In this document: positions 51,978 to 64,000 of the stretch, piece after piece
How positions within the stretch are numbered: position 1 is the stretch's first letter
Layout: each line of letters opens with the position of its first letter
From: Elsinoe ampelina
Lineage: Eukaryota
Direction: 5' to 3'
DNA: 64,000 nucleotides
Assembly: GCA_010093995.1 (NCBI GenBank)
Contig: ML992509.1
Coordinates: 1,201,850-1,265,849 of the forward strand
Notes under the pieces: generated by a model
The model's database searches: none
What the model was told of the DNA's origin: nothing
Seen by the model: only the letters and a program-made list of their open reading frames with translations
Position numbers and translations under genes: made by a program

Positions 51978-54900
51978 AGAGGGTTTTAGCAGCTGTCGGT
52001 CGAGTGACAGCCAGTGGGTCTGTGGCTTGTTAGCGTCCGCCGCCGTTGTACTCCTTCCTCACCAAAATAGCTAGCGGCCGGCGTACAATTCGAGCACCTT
52101 GGCGTAATCCTTCTGCAGTGCTGATATTTGCTACCTCGTCGTCGATATAGAGCGTAAATTTGTCTAAAAAGGTGTTAGTGCAATTATAGAGGACAAAGAG
52201 CTTAACTTTAATAAGATATTACTTATCTATCTATACCTTCTCTACCGCTATTAACTTAATTACCCTCGCCGCTACTACGGCGCTAAATATAAGAAGAAGC
52301 GCTCTATCTATCGGTATAGAAAGCCTTATCCTTATTAGTAGTTTAACTAGGATATAGACTAGTAGTATAATAACTCTTTCTATAATAATATAAGGTTCTC
52401 TAAAGGCTAAATCCTTAAGCTAGTATAGCTACTCCGGATTAAAGGACTATAATATAGTAATTGTAATTAGCCGTTAGTAGAGATAGCTATCTATATAATG
52501 CTTTACTAATTAACTTATCTAAACTAGTAGAATAAGATTTGCTATGTTTTTAGCTACTCTTAAGGTTAGCTATCTAGTATCTTTATCGATGTAATTATAT
52601 ATGTTAATAGTCTCTTCTATAACAAGGTTACTTAGCATCCTTAGCTAGATAACCGCGAGCTTCTAGAGCAATTTACTAAGGCTATTAGTAATACTAGAGA
52701 GTATAATTAGATTTAGAGTTTTATTAACAGTACCTTTAAAGGCTTCTAAAGACCTACTATTAGTTAGTAGCAAGTCTATAGTAGCTATTACAGCGGCTAT
52801 AGCCTTAAATTTTAAGGCATTATTACACTAGATAGATTAATAAGCTTGCTTATTAGACTCTTTAGTAGTAAGAAGAACAACTAGATAATATAGAATTTAT
52901 TAATTATAAAGGATAAACTCTACTATATTAACGCTAGATATATACTAGAGAGGGAGCGCTTATACCTCTATAGTAACGCTACCTATTATAATAGTAAATT
53001 AGTAATAGTACTATTTTAGTATAAGGCTAGCTAGTAGTTTCTTAGTAATCGAGAGTTAGCTTTTAATACTAAGATATCGTTAATAAGAATTATAATCGAG
53101 AATAGCTTTAGTAAAGTATAGTAGAAGTAGATATATATAAGCTTTATAAAAGACCTATATAGAGGTAAGTAACTAGTTAGCTTCTTCTATTAAGTAGTAG
53201 TATTACTTACTAATATCTATACCTATTTAGAAGGCTCTAATAGTATATTCTTATAGTTTAATTACGATCTGCTATTAGTAGAAGAATATTTACAAGTTAA
53301 AGAGATTACTAAGATAGAGGTATAAAGTTAAAGAGCTTAAAAAAGTACTAAGTCTAAAAAAAGTAACTAAGGCAACAAAGATATAGAGGTAGCTACAAGA
53401 GTAGCAACTAATACTAGTATTTAGTTTTATGTAACAATTCTTATATTAATTAATTCTTTAGCGGATTTAGAGTTAATTAATATATATATCGTTATAATAT
53501 TTAGTATATAACACCTTTATCTTAAAGCTTAGAGATCTATCTATATTAGCTTTACCTAGTATAAGATAGACTAAGATAGACATATAATATAGATTGTACT
53601 TAATAAGGCACGCAGCAGTATTCGCGCTAGTTTAGCCACTTATAAGCTTATAATTTCTTTAGCTATCTCTTCTATTACTACTTAATTCTTTACCTCTACT
53701 AATATACTTAATAAAAGCATAAAAAAGAGTAGTGTTCTTACGCTACTAGCGCTCTATTTACTTCTCTAGCTAGTTAATTAACAAGCGTAGGTCACTAAGT
53801 TAAGATATGCTACTAGCGTCGAGTAAAGTAGTCTACTTATTAAGATAGGTAGTAAGACTATATTCTATATTAATAGTATCTTTACGTTGTTCTCTATAGC
53901 GGCGAATATTATAACTCTAGCTTTTATCTCTCGCCTTACTCGCTAAGCTATTATTTACTTAGCTAGTACTACTAGCTATAGCGACGGTAGTAGTAGCGGT
54001 AGTAGAGGAAGGCCTAGCCTTACTACTAGCCTATAGCGCCTTACTATTCTTCTTCTTGTTCTTCTCTACTAACGACTAACTATTGCTCTTATCTAAATAA
54101 GAGCCTTAGCGACTTATAAGCGAGATAGACTAGCGATCTATCTATATAGCCTTAGCCTTAATATTCTTCTCGTCGCTAACTACTAGCTTATACTTATATA
54201 GCTCCTATACTTGCTTAATAAAGAAGTTAAGCTATAGCTTTAAGTTAGTAATGTTCTTCGAACTACTAGGATTCTTAGTGTAATAGTTAGCCTTCTCCTT
54301 ATAGTAGTTAATAATTCACTTCTTTAATATATATATAAGTGTCTTATAGTCCTTACTAGTCTTTAACCTCTAATTCTTTCGTAGCCTTATAATTTACTTA
54401 CTAAGTAGCTTATTCTTTAAGAGTACTAGACTAATCTCTTAAGCTATTACTAAGATTATCTTTTTATAAGCATTTAGCTAGTAAGTTAGTATTAGCTTTA
54501 TAGTAGGTAAGAATTACTACTTCTTAGAAGCTAGCGTAGACTTAGCTAGCTACTTACTAGCCTTTCTCTTCCGACTTAATATTACTTCTATCTCTAGCTC
54601 TACTTCTTTCTCTCCCTTAGTATTTACTATCTACTCTTTTATCTCTCTCTTCCCCTCTAATACTACTATACTAGCCTACTATACTAGTACTAATAATAAG
54701 GCTAGCGTAGCTAGTAGTCCTATTACCCCTACTAGCGACTATAGCGGTATCTATACTACTAAGTTTAAAGGTGCTAGTAAGAGTATTAATTAAGATTAAA
54801 TAGAAGAAAGATAGTACTCTAGATAGAAGTACTACTATAGTAGAGAGTAGTATCCTTACGAAGGATATAGTAACTATAACAGCAGATAACCTCCCTATAG

Positions 54901-55245
54901 TAATTAATAGCTAGATTAGTTATATTGCTACGAATTCTCTATCTTATAATAAGGTAGTAATATTAATCTATTACACTTTAAAGAATAATATGTTAGAAGA
55001 GACATTAGAGTAAATTCGCTACCTTAGTAATCTAACTACTCTCGGCTAGCACTATACCCCTTTAAGCACTCTAAGCTAGCTGTCGAGAGTCGATAGGTAG
55101 CTATCGACCTTTAATAGCTAGCTATTATAGTTTATACTATCTACTATACTATTACTAATTATTAAATAACCGCTCTATGCTATTTGATTAGAAGGAGTAA
55201 GATCAACGCTGGCTGTCACTCGACCGACAGCTGCTAAAACCCTCT
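51978..55245. mobile_element. Full-length PIF/Harbinger-superfamily (PHIS) DNA transposon, RIP-inactivated, 3,268 bp
   Basis: Perfect 37-bp TIRs AGAGGGTTTTAGCAGCTGTCGGTCGAGTGACAGCCAG (51978..52014; 55209..55245); 3-bp TSD AGT (51975..51977; 55246..55248); extremely TA-rich, CA/TG-depleted interior. Confidence 0.93.
52200..53330 (+). pseudogene. RIP-mutated Harbinger (DDE_Tnp_4/HARBI1-like) transposase; ends approximate
   Basis: One frame reads I*SFINST (=IWGFIDGT, D at 52726), QVYSSY...YSLKF*GIITLDRLI (=YSGY..HGLKFQGIITPDGLI), LYSNATY (=LYGDAAY, D at 52975), AFNTKISLIRIIIENSFSKV (E at 53098) and VLLTNIYTYL; departures from the expected motifs are explained by C>T/G>A changes. Confidence 0.88.
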
Positions 55246-55626
55246 AGTATGTCGCTGGCATTGGCTATTTTGGGCGTGGTACTTTACCTAGTCTTTCCGT
55301 GACCGCGGATGAGTTCCTGCAGTGGAGGCTTCGGGTTCCAACCAATCACACGTCGACCAAAGCCGTGTCTCATGGTTGAGGTCAAGGGATCGCGGGGTTC
55401 GTTTCGGAGAGAGGCACACACAGGGCCGGCTCAAACCGCATCAGAGCCTTTCCCTTTACTCCGTCCTCAACGCGCATGACCTACAAATTCAAGCTATACC
55501 GCCCCGATAAGTCTTCTCAACCACCTACTGCTGCCGGCAGATCACTCCTCGACCACACGCTGCCCGGACCATTAAGCCCCAGCCCCGAGACCACTACACA
55601 CGCATAACCACCCCCGACTTGTAAAC

Positions 55627-57186
55627 ATGGCACCCATCGCTGTGAACACGAACGGCCATGTCGACGGTAGCACCCTGAATGCCAAAGCCCCTACCTTCTC
55701 TCCGACCTTGTCCAGCCCCGCCAATGACAGATACCATGCCTCGTCATCCAACGCTGCCATGTCGGCCGAGGCCGAGTATGCTGCACACAACTACCACCCT
55801 CTTCCGATTGTCTTCAGCAGAGCACAAGGCTGTACAGTGTTGGACCCCGAGGGCAAGCAGTACCTCGACTTTCTGTCCGCTTACAGTGCTGTCAACCAAG
55901 GACATTGCCATCCCAAGCTGGTGCAGGCATTGGTAGAGCAAGCCTCGAGGCTGACGCTCAGCTCAAGAGCATTCTACAACGATGTGTTCCCCCGCTTTGC
56001 AGAGACGATCACCAAGATGTTGGGCTTTGAGATGGTCCTGCCCATGAATACCGGCGCCGAGGCAGTAGAGACCGCCGTCAAGATTGCAAGGAAGTGGGGA
56101 TACAAGAAGAAGGGCATTCCGGAGAACAAGGCTTTGGTTTTTGGTGTGCAGGAGAACTTCCACGGCCGGACATTCGCTGCTATCACCATGTCTTCGGATC
56201 CCGAGTCGAGAGACAACTACGGTCCTTACCTTCCTAACATCGGCAGTGTGTGTCCCTCCACAAAACAACCAATCAAGTACAACAGCATTGAAGATCTTGA
56301 GAAGGCTCTTGAGGTACATGGCAAAGAGACTGCCGGATTCCTGGTCGAGCCAATCCAGGGCGAGGCAGGTATCGTAGTACCCGACGAGGACTACCTCGGC
56401 AAAGTTAGGGAACTGTGTGACAAGCATAACGTTCTCCTCATCTGCGACGAGATCCAGACGGGTATTGCACGGACGGGTAAGATGCTCTGCCACGAGTGGA
56501 GTGGCATCAAGCCTGATCTCGTTCTTCTGGGTAAGGCCATCTCTGGTGGCATGTACCCCGTCAGCTGCGTACTGGGCAGCAAGGAGGTCATGCTTACTAT
56601 TGAGCCTGGCACCCACGGCAGCACGTACGGAGGTAATCCTCTTGGCTCAGCCATTGCCATCCGCGCTCTCGAAGTCGTCGAGGAAGAGAAGCTCGTCGAG
56701 CGGGCGCAGACCTTGGGTGAGAAGTTCAGGCAAGGTCTGTCCGACATCCGCAGCCGTAACCCCATGATCACGACGATTCGTGGCAAAGGTCTGCTCAACG
56801 CCATCGTCATCGATGAGAGCAGGACGGGCGGACACAGTGCGTGGGACCTGTGCATGCTCATGAAGGAAAAGGGACTTTTGGTAGGCCGCGCCCTCAAGAT
56901 CGCCCACGTCAAAACGACGGCGTCCAAAGATGGACCGACAACGGTTCCGGAAACGTCGTTGATGGAACAGATGAATGCTAACACAAATGTTTCCCCGCAG
57001 GCCAAACCGACACACCAGAACATTATTCGACTAGCACCCCCGCTTGTGATCTCAGATGCGGAGGTGGAAACGGCTTTGAGGATCATCGAGGAGGCGTGCA
57101 AGGAATTGCCTGATCTGAAGGGGCAGAAGGAAGAAAAGGTGTTGCCGCCCGGGGAGAAGAATGTGCATATCGGAGTAGAGAACTAG
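55627..57186 (+). CDS. CAR2: Ornithine aminotransferase
   Basis: [67 protein letters not shown]; in-frame intron 56881..57000. Confidence 0.97.
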   Translation: MAPIAVNTNGHVDGSTLNAKAPTFSPTLSSPANDRYHASSSNAAMSAEAEYAAHNYHPLPIVFSRAQGCTVLDPEGKQYLDFLSAYSAVNQGHCHPKLVQALVEQASRLTLSSRAFYNDVFPRFAETITKMLGFEMVLPMNTGAEAVETAVKIARKWGYKKKGIPENKALVFGVQENFHGRTFAAITMSSDPESRDNYGPYLPNIGSVCPSTKQPIKYNSIEDLEKALEVHGKETAGFLVEPIQGEAGIVVPDEDYLGKVRELCDKHNVLLICDEIQTGIARTGKMLCHEWSGIKPDLVLLGKAISGGMYPVSCVLGSKEVMLTIEPGTHGSTYGGNPLGSAIAIRALEVVEEEKLVERAQTLGEKFRQGLSDIRSRNPMITTIRGKGLLNAIVIDESRTGGHSAWDLCMLMKEKGLLVGRALKIAHVKTTASKDGPTTVPETSLMEQMNANTNVSPQAKPTHQNIIRLAPPLVISDAEVETALRIIEEACKELPDLKGQKEEKVLPPGEKNVHIGVEN

Positions 57187-58850
57187 ATATCCTTACCTTG
57201 GTCAAAGATGCCTGAGGACGTGGTCGTCCGGACTTGTCTCGGCGGAGCGGAAAAGCACCGATTATTACCAGCATCTCCGCCGAGATGGCTGGAAAAAAGC
57301 GCTTTTTGAGAGCTGCGGCGACTGCCACGCCGTGACCGGAAAATTCAAGGCGAGAGGCAAGCTCTTGTGGCGTTATCACGACTGTACGCCCCCAACGTTC
57401 GAGAAAGGCCCATTTGGGCAATTGGGCAAAAATCAGAGACAAGCGACAGACAGATGCTGTAGATAGAGTGACCGACGGCGGCACAGCACTCGGCCAGGCT
57501 CTTTACCGACGACAGACGGTTTGAGGGTACACAAACGTTGTTTCCTACCCGTAGCAGTTTGTCTCTCTTTCAGCTGGAAGTGCACAGTATGAAAACCGAC
57601 GAAACGAAGAATCATGACGGAAAGCCTGGAAATTCTTTCCATGCCTTTTGTGGTCAAGGATAGCAAGCATCATGTCCCATCATTTCCATTCAACCTGTTC
57701 TGCACGGACAGCTTGGCCCCGCGTTCCCTGATGATCGTGCTGTACCTAGCCCAGGAGTGGAGCTTCGTCAGGAGAGCCAGAGACGGCGCCGTGGATCATA
57801 CCGAGAGATAAATTACAATCTAAACAAGACAAGCTGCCGGCATCCTCTCTTCTGCCACTTGGCTGGCATTTCTTATCTGGCAAGCTTGACCAGGCTAGCA
57901 CATGCATGCAAGATAGCCTCTGAGTAGCTTTGAGGCCGAAGAGAGCACAAATCACAGGCAATCTGTGTCGCCGGAAGAAGGCGAATGGACCGTGCCTGGA
58001 CGCTGCCCGCCCCAGCTCGCTCCAGTTCGCTCCACGCTTGTGATGCAAGCTTCACGCTTGATTTCCCAGCCTTTGCCTCTTCGGGCTAGATCCCATAGAT
58101 TGGATGAGCTTGGCACGTGGCCCAGTCGCTGCTCTGCCTCTCTTTGTCGTTTCCAAGTCGTACCATCTCTGGCAATTTTGACGTGTATTCTCGCCAGAAA
58201 AAACGAGGCGTTTCGAGACATGGACACACACAAAATCAAGCGCAGGCCCGGGCTCTAGTCTTCCCTGTCGAATCGTACGTCTTGCAGGCAATCAATCCAT
58301 CCACATTGACTTGCGGGAGATAATCAGTAGTGCCATCTCTATTCGACAGCCGCGTCTCTCTGCTCTCCACTCTGCCATTTCCATTTCCCGCCCATGTCCC
58401 CCTGCTAGTTCACGACCTGATACTTCACCTTCCACACTGTCCTTTTGGTCTCAACCTTTTCACGACCCTCACTCACGATACATCATTCTTGCATCTTACG
58501 ACTTCTTCCCCAGTGTGCAATTGCCCATAAAATCGAAACGATCCCGGGTGCTAGGACAGCGCAGTTCCACGTGCACCACTTCAAACAAAACGGCCTGCTG
58601 CACGGAGCGATAACCTGCCCTCGACCACACCTCGACCACAAACCCACCGAATCGAGGCAGACCGCTCCAACGGTTTTCTCGTTGGAAGACACCTGAACGA
58701 TCTGACGTCGGGTAACCTCGTTTTCTCTCTCACAATAAGGACCTCGTCCCTCCAAAACCCGCTTCCCAAGCTAGGCAATCGTCAAGCTACGAACACCACC
58801 ACCACCCAGCCAGCGTCCTTTCACGGGGGCCTGGTGAACACCATCTCCAA

Positions 58851-59435
58851 ATGACCCATCCATCTCTCAACGAGAAATCCTCCTTCGGCATCATCATGGA
58901 GAAAACCCCCACGAACGACACCACCTCCAACCCCAACGCCAACATCTTCGACACCCCCAAGACCCTCTCCCGAGCCACCACCCGCGACCACTCCCCCCCG
59001 ACCCGCCCCTGCCCGGCCGTCAAAATGCCCCCCTCCCTCACAGTCAACACCAACGCCTCCGACTCGGACCTCGAAAAAGGCTACCTCTCCGCCCCCCACT
59101 CGGCGACCCGCGGCGACGTCCCCTCCCCCCTCTGGGAGCCCTCGAGGGAATACAGCGTCGACGGCCGCCCGAAGGAATGCGAAATGTGGCCGTCCAAGCA
59201 GACGTTGAAGAGCAAAGCCCGCATGGAGAAATGTCACCGCAGGAGGAAGAACTGCTTCGGGTTGAGCAAGAAGTGGGGCGAGATGGACAAGAAGAAGAGG
59301 CTGACGGTCAAGATTCTGTTGGCGTTGTTGATTGTGGGTATCGCCGTGGGCGTTGCTATTGGCATTACTCGCGCGGTTGGAGGGGGCGTGTGGGCGGGGC
59401 AGAATAAGCAGAAGACGATTCCTTCGGGGCATTAG
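58851..59435 (+). CDS. Hypothetical protein with a single C-terminal transmembrane helix
   Basis: 194-aa ORF with gene-like codon usage; disordered N-terminus, ECEMWPSKQTL, basic stretch, then TM (ILLALLIVGIAVGVAIGIT) and RAVGGGVW; start may be 58851 or ~58896. Confidence 0.7.
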   Translation: MTHPSLNEKSSFGIIMEKTPTNDTTSNPNANIFDTPKTLSRATTRDHSPPTRPCPAVKMPPSLTVNTNASDSDLEKGYLSAPHSATRGDVPSPLWEPSREYSVDGRPKECEMWPSKQTLKSKARMEKCHRRRKNCFGLSKKWGEMDKKKRLTVKILLALLIVGIAVGVAIGITRAVGGGVWAGQNKQKTIPSGH

Positions 59436-60083
59436 GGTGGGGAGAGAGGGGGGTTTGGGTTGAAGCATAGCGTGGCGTTTCACTTTCGTTTTTCATAGGG
59501 GGAATTTGAGCATGGGTCGTTCGAGAGGGAGAGAGAAAGCAGATTCTGGTTAGAGAAGCATTGATCAGCTGGTTTGGATCGTGTTGGGCGTTGAATGAGG
59601 TGTTGCAAAGGTCTCATTGTTGGTGGTTTTTAGGGTACATACTGGGACTGCATTAATGTACAGCTGGTACACAGAGAGAAGAGAGCAAATCCATCGTCCG
59701 AAATGGACATTTTTTCAACTTCATATCGAGCACGTTGCTTCATCAGTGACCATCATGGAAGACGCCTCGCTCATGCTATGCTCATGCTGCTCATAGGATC
59801 CATATCATTTCTGTTCACGCCCGTCGCTGAAGAGCGGTCCCTCCTGAGCTATAGCTCCGGTCCACTGCCATCGCCAGCCATCGCCACTGTCCCTGCCTGC
59901 AGGCCTTTGCACGGCCAGCTTCTGCTCCTAACCACAGAATAAGTCGCTTCGAGAGCTAGTCGATGCCACAGTTCTACCGAATCATCCTTCCGACTAGGAT
60001 AGTCCTCCTCGCTTGACAGAGACCCCCCATATCTCCGCCACCTACGCAGTCACATTCATCATCCATCCTGCCCAGTCCACTAT

Positions 60084-61833
60084 TCATCCCCCATTGACCT
60101 CCCCTCCCCCCCCGAACACCTCAAACTTGACAACCTCCACCTCCAATGTCTCGGTGTCGAGGAGGACAATCTCCCCTGTCTCCTTGAAGCGCGGCACAGC
60201 GATGAGACGAACCGCTTGCCCCTGCGGTCCCTCGATCACGTCCGTCTCGAAGCGAGGCTGGTTGCCGGACATGTAGACGTGAGGACAGCTTTTGAGGACG
60301 AACGCGTCCGAGGTTTGGAAGGGGTAGCACCCTGTTTTGTCCGTTAGCTCTGACTCAAAGACGAAGAGGGAAGAAGGCTTGGGGATCGAGGAGCATCTTG
60401 TAAGATAGGCAGTGGGAAACGCTCAAGAGAAGAGCAGAGGACGAAAGAAAAACTTACACAGTGTATCGGGCGCTGTCGGAGCGAGGACTCGCCACCGCAG
60501 CGTGCTTTCCATGATCTCCACCCTGTCGTCGCCTTTGAGGTACCGGCACATGTCCTCTACTGGCTGTCCGCCTGTCGCTAGTACTCTCCAACCGTCAATA
60601 TCTCCGTCCCAGGGGTTCGTGACACTGTGAAACCAGCCCACGGGTTCTGCTTCGCCTTTCTTTGCTCCTGCAGGAAGTGGTGGGGGCATGTATGCTCTTG
60701 ATCTGGGGAAGAGCGCGGCGTGGATCGGTTGTTGAGGTAGTGCTGCTTGAGTTGGATCACTGTCACCTGGGAGAAGGGTGATGGGTATACTGGGCAGTAA
60801 CCCCGCCAGCCAGTTGTCCAGCATGTCTGTCGGTCCGGAGTTGTACGCGCTGCTGTCGTATCCATACTTCCTCTGCCCTGTCCTCTTGCTCGCCAACTCG
60901 TCTCTGCTCGGAATCGGACCTGATCCTGCCAATGAGTTCCCCAGCACCATCAGTCGACTAACCCTCGCTGTCTCCTGCACATCCCCCTCTCCTCCCGCCT
61001 CTCCCAGCAAATACTCCTCCAACATCTCCAAGGCCAACATATCCCCCTCCTCCCCTGATATCCCCAACCCACTCACGAGCGCCACCTTCCCACCCCTCCC
61101 CTCCCCCTTTTGACCCTCCTCCTTCTTCCCCACCACCCTCTCCACCTCTCCCCTCTCCCCTCTCACCGGCTGCCTCGGCAAATCCGGCACCTTGACATCC
61201 ACAACCTCAAACTCCCCATCCCTATTCTCCGTCCCCAACACCGCCACGATCGCCCCGGTGACAAGCAACACCCTCTCCAACGCATCCCCCGTCAGTTTCA
61301 ACCTCCCCGACTCATCCTCCAACATGACCTTCCTCCCCTTCCACCCTTTGGCCCCCACCCCGCCTCCCCCCTCCTGCTCATCGAAAAACTTCCCCCGCCC
61401 CACAGGCGCACTGATCCACTCCTCCCTCCCCACATCCTCCAGCACGTTCGGCTTGAGCGGCATCTCCACGAAAACAGTCCCGACGACGTAGCACAGGTCT
61501 CCCTGGCGGACGTCCAGCACGCGGTCGACGCGCCGGGCTGGAGTGGAGCCGAGGCGGAAACTGGACCAGATGGCGTCGGCGAGGGAGGTGGTCGGGGGTT
61601 TGAGCAGGGCGAGGCGGGAGAAGTAGAGGTCGGAGAATTGTTGCGTGTAGGTCCGGGAGGAGGTGGGGAGGAGGAAGGTGGGGAGGGGGAGGTAGCTGGA
61701 GGGGAGGCGGGAGGGGAGGCGGGAGGGGGTTGTGAGCGGGGTTGTGCTGGGGGTGTCAGTAGAGGTGGGGAATGGAGGGGGGGAATGCTCACGGTGGTTG
61801 GAGGAGGGCTTCTGAGGGCGGTATGGGCGCCAT
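60084..61833 (-). CDS. POL31: DNA polymerase delta small subunit (POLD2/Cdc1)
   Basis: YTQQFSDLYFSRL, VVGTVFVEMPLKPNVL, LEDESGRL, LLPGDSDP..AALPQQPIH, VTNP, APTAPDTL-WCYPF, CPHVYMSGNQP; introns 61747..61792 and 60332..60457. Confidence 0.95.
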
Positions 61834-62138
61834 TGTGGTGTTGTGTGGTGTCAGTGGCGGTGGAGAGATGTGGTGGTAGTGTCGGGTAAAAAGTTGCGGA
61901 GGTGGAAGCGCGTGGAGACGCGTGCCACTTTACGCGCGGGGTCGGCAGCGAGCTCAACCACAACGAATACTACAGTACCAGGACTTCTTCAATGATCCAT
62001 TTCACTAGATCAGTGATTTGGTGTAAGTGAAAGTGGCTCACTCCGAGTCTCAGTCGCAACATTCGTGAAACTCGAGATCAGCATTTTGTATACAAGTACA
62101 GTGAGAGCGGCGATATACAGGGTATCGATCTATACAGA

Positions 62139-64000
62139 TTACACACTAGCGCTTCCCATGCCCAGATCCTCAACCTTCCACCCGTTCATAAACTCTTTCT
62201 TCTGGCCCAGTACCGCCAGCCTTCCCTCCTTGACACCATTGAGCAAGAACCTCTCCGCCACATCTCTCACCTGCTCCTTAGTCACATCCAGCAGCCTTTC
62301 CCTTCTGTCCTGTTCCATCTGCCCAGTCACACCAGTCAGAAACTCCGTCATCCCCTCGTCGCTCACAGATCTCGGCGCATCGACTCCTTGAAAGATGCTG
62401 AGCTTGGCTTCTTGCATGTCCGTGTCTGTCCAGCGTCGCTCGACCGCCCACTTTCCTACCTCGATCGTTTTGATAGTGTTGGCTGGGTTGGGGTCGCGGT
62501 ACGAGTAGAAGCCGAACACACCGTCGAGAGCCTTGTTGTATGCACCTCCGCCATAAGCACCACCTTTCTCGCGGATCTCGCGGTGGAGATGCTTGTGGGT
62601 GAGGAGTTGAGAGAGAATGGCTAGAGGGGCGGAGAGGGCTGAGGTGTAAGGTACTGTCGGGAGAGAAAGCGCAGAGTACGACACTTGGTAAGGGAGCGGG
62701 AAGAGAGTCTTGGTATTGGTCGTGATGGACGACCGCCAGTCGCGAAGAGGCAGATGTAGGCCAGGGCTAAATGTCGTAGGAGATGCAGCGCTGAAGGTTG
62801 ATGAGAGGAAGTTGTCTAGAGAAGAGGTATTTGCCGTTGTCGATTCAGGTCCACATGTGAGGGCAAGGCGCATCGATGATTGATTGCCTATCAGGATTGA
62901 CTGAATAGCCTTGAGCGCGCGAAGTAGTTCAGGAGCAATGATGGTCTCCAGCTCAGGATTTGCTGCAAGGGAAGTGACGTTGGCGATCTGAGTTACGCCA
63001 GAGGTTTGCTCAATCAATCTTCCATGAGCTGTGAGACCTGCTTCGGCAAACCGTCTAGCGTATGCATGGCCGGCCTCGGCGATACTGTCGACTGCGCCAC
63101 TGGCAGAGCTCTGAATTAGCTCGGTGATCATGCGTTGCGCTTTGGGGGTGTCAAAGTCGGTCTCCTGGATTAGGAGCGTGAGGAGTTCGTACATCGCCGT
63201 TACATTGTTGTCCAACGCATAGCCAGACAATGTGATGCCTTCTTCACATACGGTAGGATCAGTGGGACCAGAGCAGGAGTGATATCCGAAGGAAATGCCA
63301 CCAGTCTTGAGCTTGATAAGATCCTCAATCTCCTCCATCGACTTGTCCTTGGTGCCAATTCTCATAAGCGCATCGCAGAACAGTCCAATGAATGGTCGAA
63401 GCTCATCGGGAAGGTCTTTTAGAATGCTCAAGCCCCGGAAATACGTCAAGCCGTTTGTGGCGGCTTCTCTCCACTGCGTTTGAGTGCCACCAAGGGCCTT
63501 CTTGACCACTTCTGGGGCTTCCTTTCGTCTTGCGATATCCTCCACGCTGACCATCGGTAAAGAGGCAAGGTCTTGCTCAGCACTCTGTTGAGCAACAAGC
63601 TCAAGCTCTCTTTCGCGCAAGTGATTGGTCGCCTTCTCCTCGCCGCCAAAAGTTGCGAAAGCTTCTGAGATCTTGCTCTGCAATCGCTCTGCCTCTTCCG
63701 CAACGAGTTCCTGACCGTACGTCTCAGACGGCTCCATCGTGAACAACATGATGTCGTCAGTCAAGAGATACTTGTCCAGCAGAGCTTCCAGGTAATCTCC
63801 TTTGGCATATTCAGCTTTGAAAGTATCGACCGTCTGCTGCCACGCTAGAGCGTCAAAGACGTCCACGCCATTGAACCAGCTTGGATACAATCTTTGCATT
63901 ATAGCCATGCCGAAGTTGGCTGTCTTGTGCTTGAGACTTAGCTCCAATTGGTGCAGCATTCCGTCAACCTTTTGCTTCTCAAAGCCCTTCTGCCGGGTCT
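62139..64000 (-). CDS. CYM1: Mitochondrial presequence protease (pitrilysin M16C); 5' part lies outside the window
   Basis: LHQLELSLKHKTANFG, TNGLTYFR, IKLKTGG, LHREIREKGGAYGGGA, FYSYRDP, EAKLSIFQGVDAP. Confidence 0.93.
   Translation of the reverse strand, partial: TRQKGFEKQKVDGMLHQLELSLKHKTANFGMAIMQRLYPSWFNGVDVFDALAWQQTVDTFKAEYAKGDYLEALLDKYLLTDDIMLFTMEPSETYGQELVAEEAERLQSKISEAFATFGGEEKATNHLRERELELVAQQSAEQDLASLPMVSVEDIARRKEAPEVVKKALGGTQTQWREAATNGLTYFRGLSILKDLPDELRPFIGLFCDALMRIGTKDKSMEEIEDLIKLKTGGISFGYHSCSGPTDPTVCEEGITLSGYALDNNVTAMYELLTLLIQETDFDTPKAQRMITELIQSSASGAVDSIAEAGHAYARRFAEAGLTAHGRLIEQTSGVTQIANVTSLAANPELETIIAPELLRALKAIQSILIGNQSSMRLALTCGPESTTANTSSLDNFLSSTFSAASPTTFSPGLHLPLRDWRSSITTNTKTLFPLPYQVSYSALSLPTVPYTSALSAPLAILSQLLTHKHLHREIREKGGAYGGGAYNKALDGVFGFYSYRDPNPANTIKTIEVGKWAVERRWTDTDMQEAKLSIFQGVDAPRSVSDEGMTEFLTGVTGQMEQDRRERLLDVTKEQVRDVAERFLLNGVKEGRLAVLGQKKEFMNGWKVEDLGMGSASV

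Noticed and set aside
56881..57000. Apparent 40-aa insertion in ornithine aminotransferase (likewise ILM1 32864..32992 and MNS1 48100..48147)
   Set aside because: These are stop-free in-frame introns with canonical GT, branch point and AG.

Overview
Gene-dense 64-kb window from a filamentous ascomycete (Pezizomycotina; Dothideomycete-like by inference), with short GT-AG introns, CTRAY branch points and RIP-type damage in repeats. About 25 mostly housekeeping genes are recognisable: GH17 EglC-like glucanase, DPH4, a But2-like secreted protein, ADE16/17, SPP2, an A-T-R NRPS-like reductase, Seb1 and a second C2H2 factor, thioredoxin-PITH, UBX/TUG, RPL36, Sfk1, ILM1, a GST/FAX-like gene, RAM2, serine dehydratase, mitochondrial MetRS, NXT1, RPL38, MNS1, an AAA ATPase, ornithine aminotransferase, POL31 and CYM1. 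Three accessory insertions interrupt them. (1) A ~4.6-kb island (27.26-31.85 kb) holds a broken ~1,050-codon gene that, once three ORF-track fragments and a hidden last exon are joined, encodes about 8 C2H2-like zinc fingers fused to a DEDDh 3'-5' exonuclease; this is the best candidate for something undescribed. (2) A 338-bp Mutator-type MITE with a 9-bp TSD sits just upstream of that gene. (3) A complete, heavily RIP-mutated 3,268-bp PIF/Harbinger-type transposon with perfect 37-bp TIRs and an AGT TSD splits a divergent promoter. Other observations: a Som1/Flo8-type motif on the AAA ATPase tail, a 471-nt TGCATG-rich intron in the NRPS-like reductase domain, structured ribosomal-protein introns and a frameshifted GST-like gene. 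All calls come from manual reading and recalled family motifs; no database search was run.
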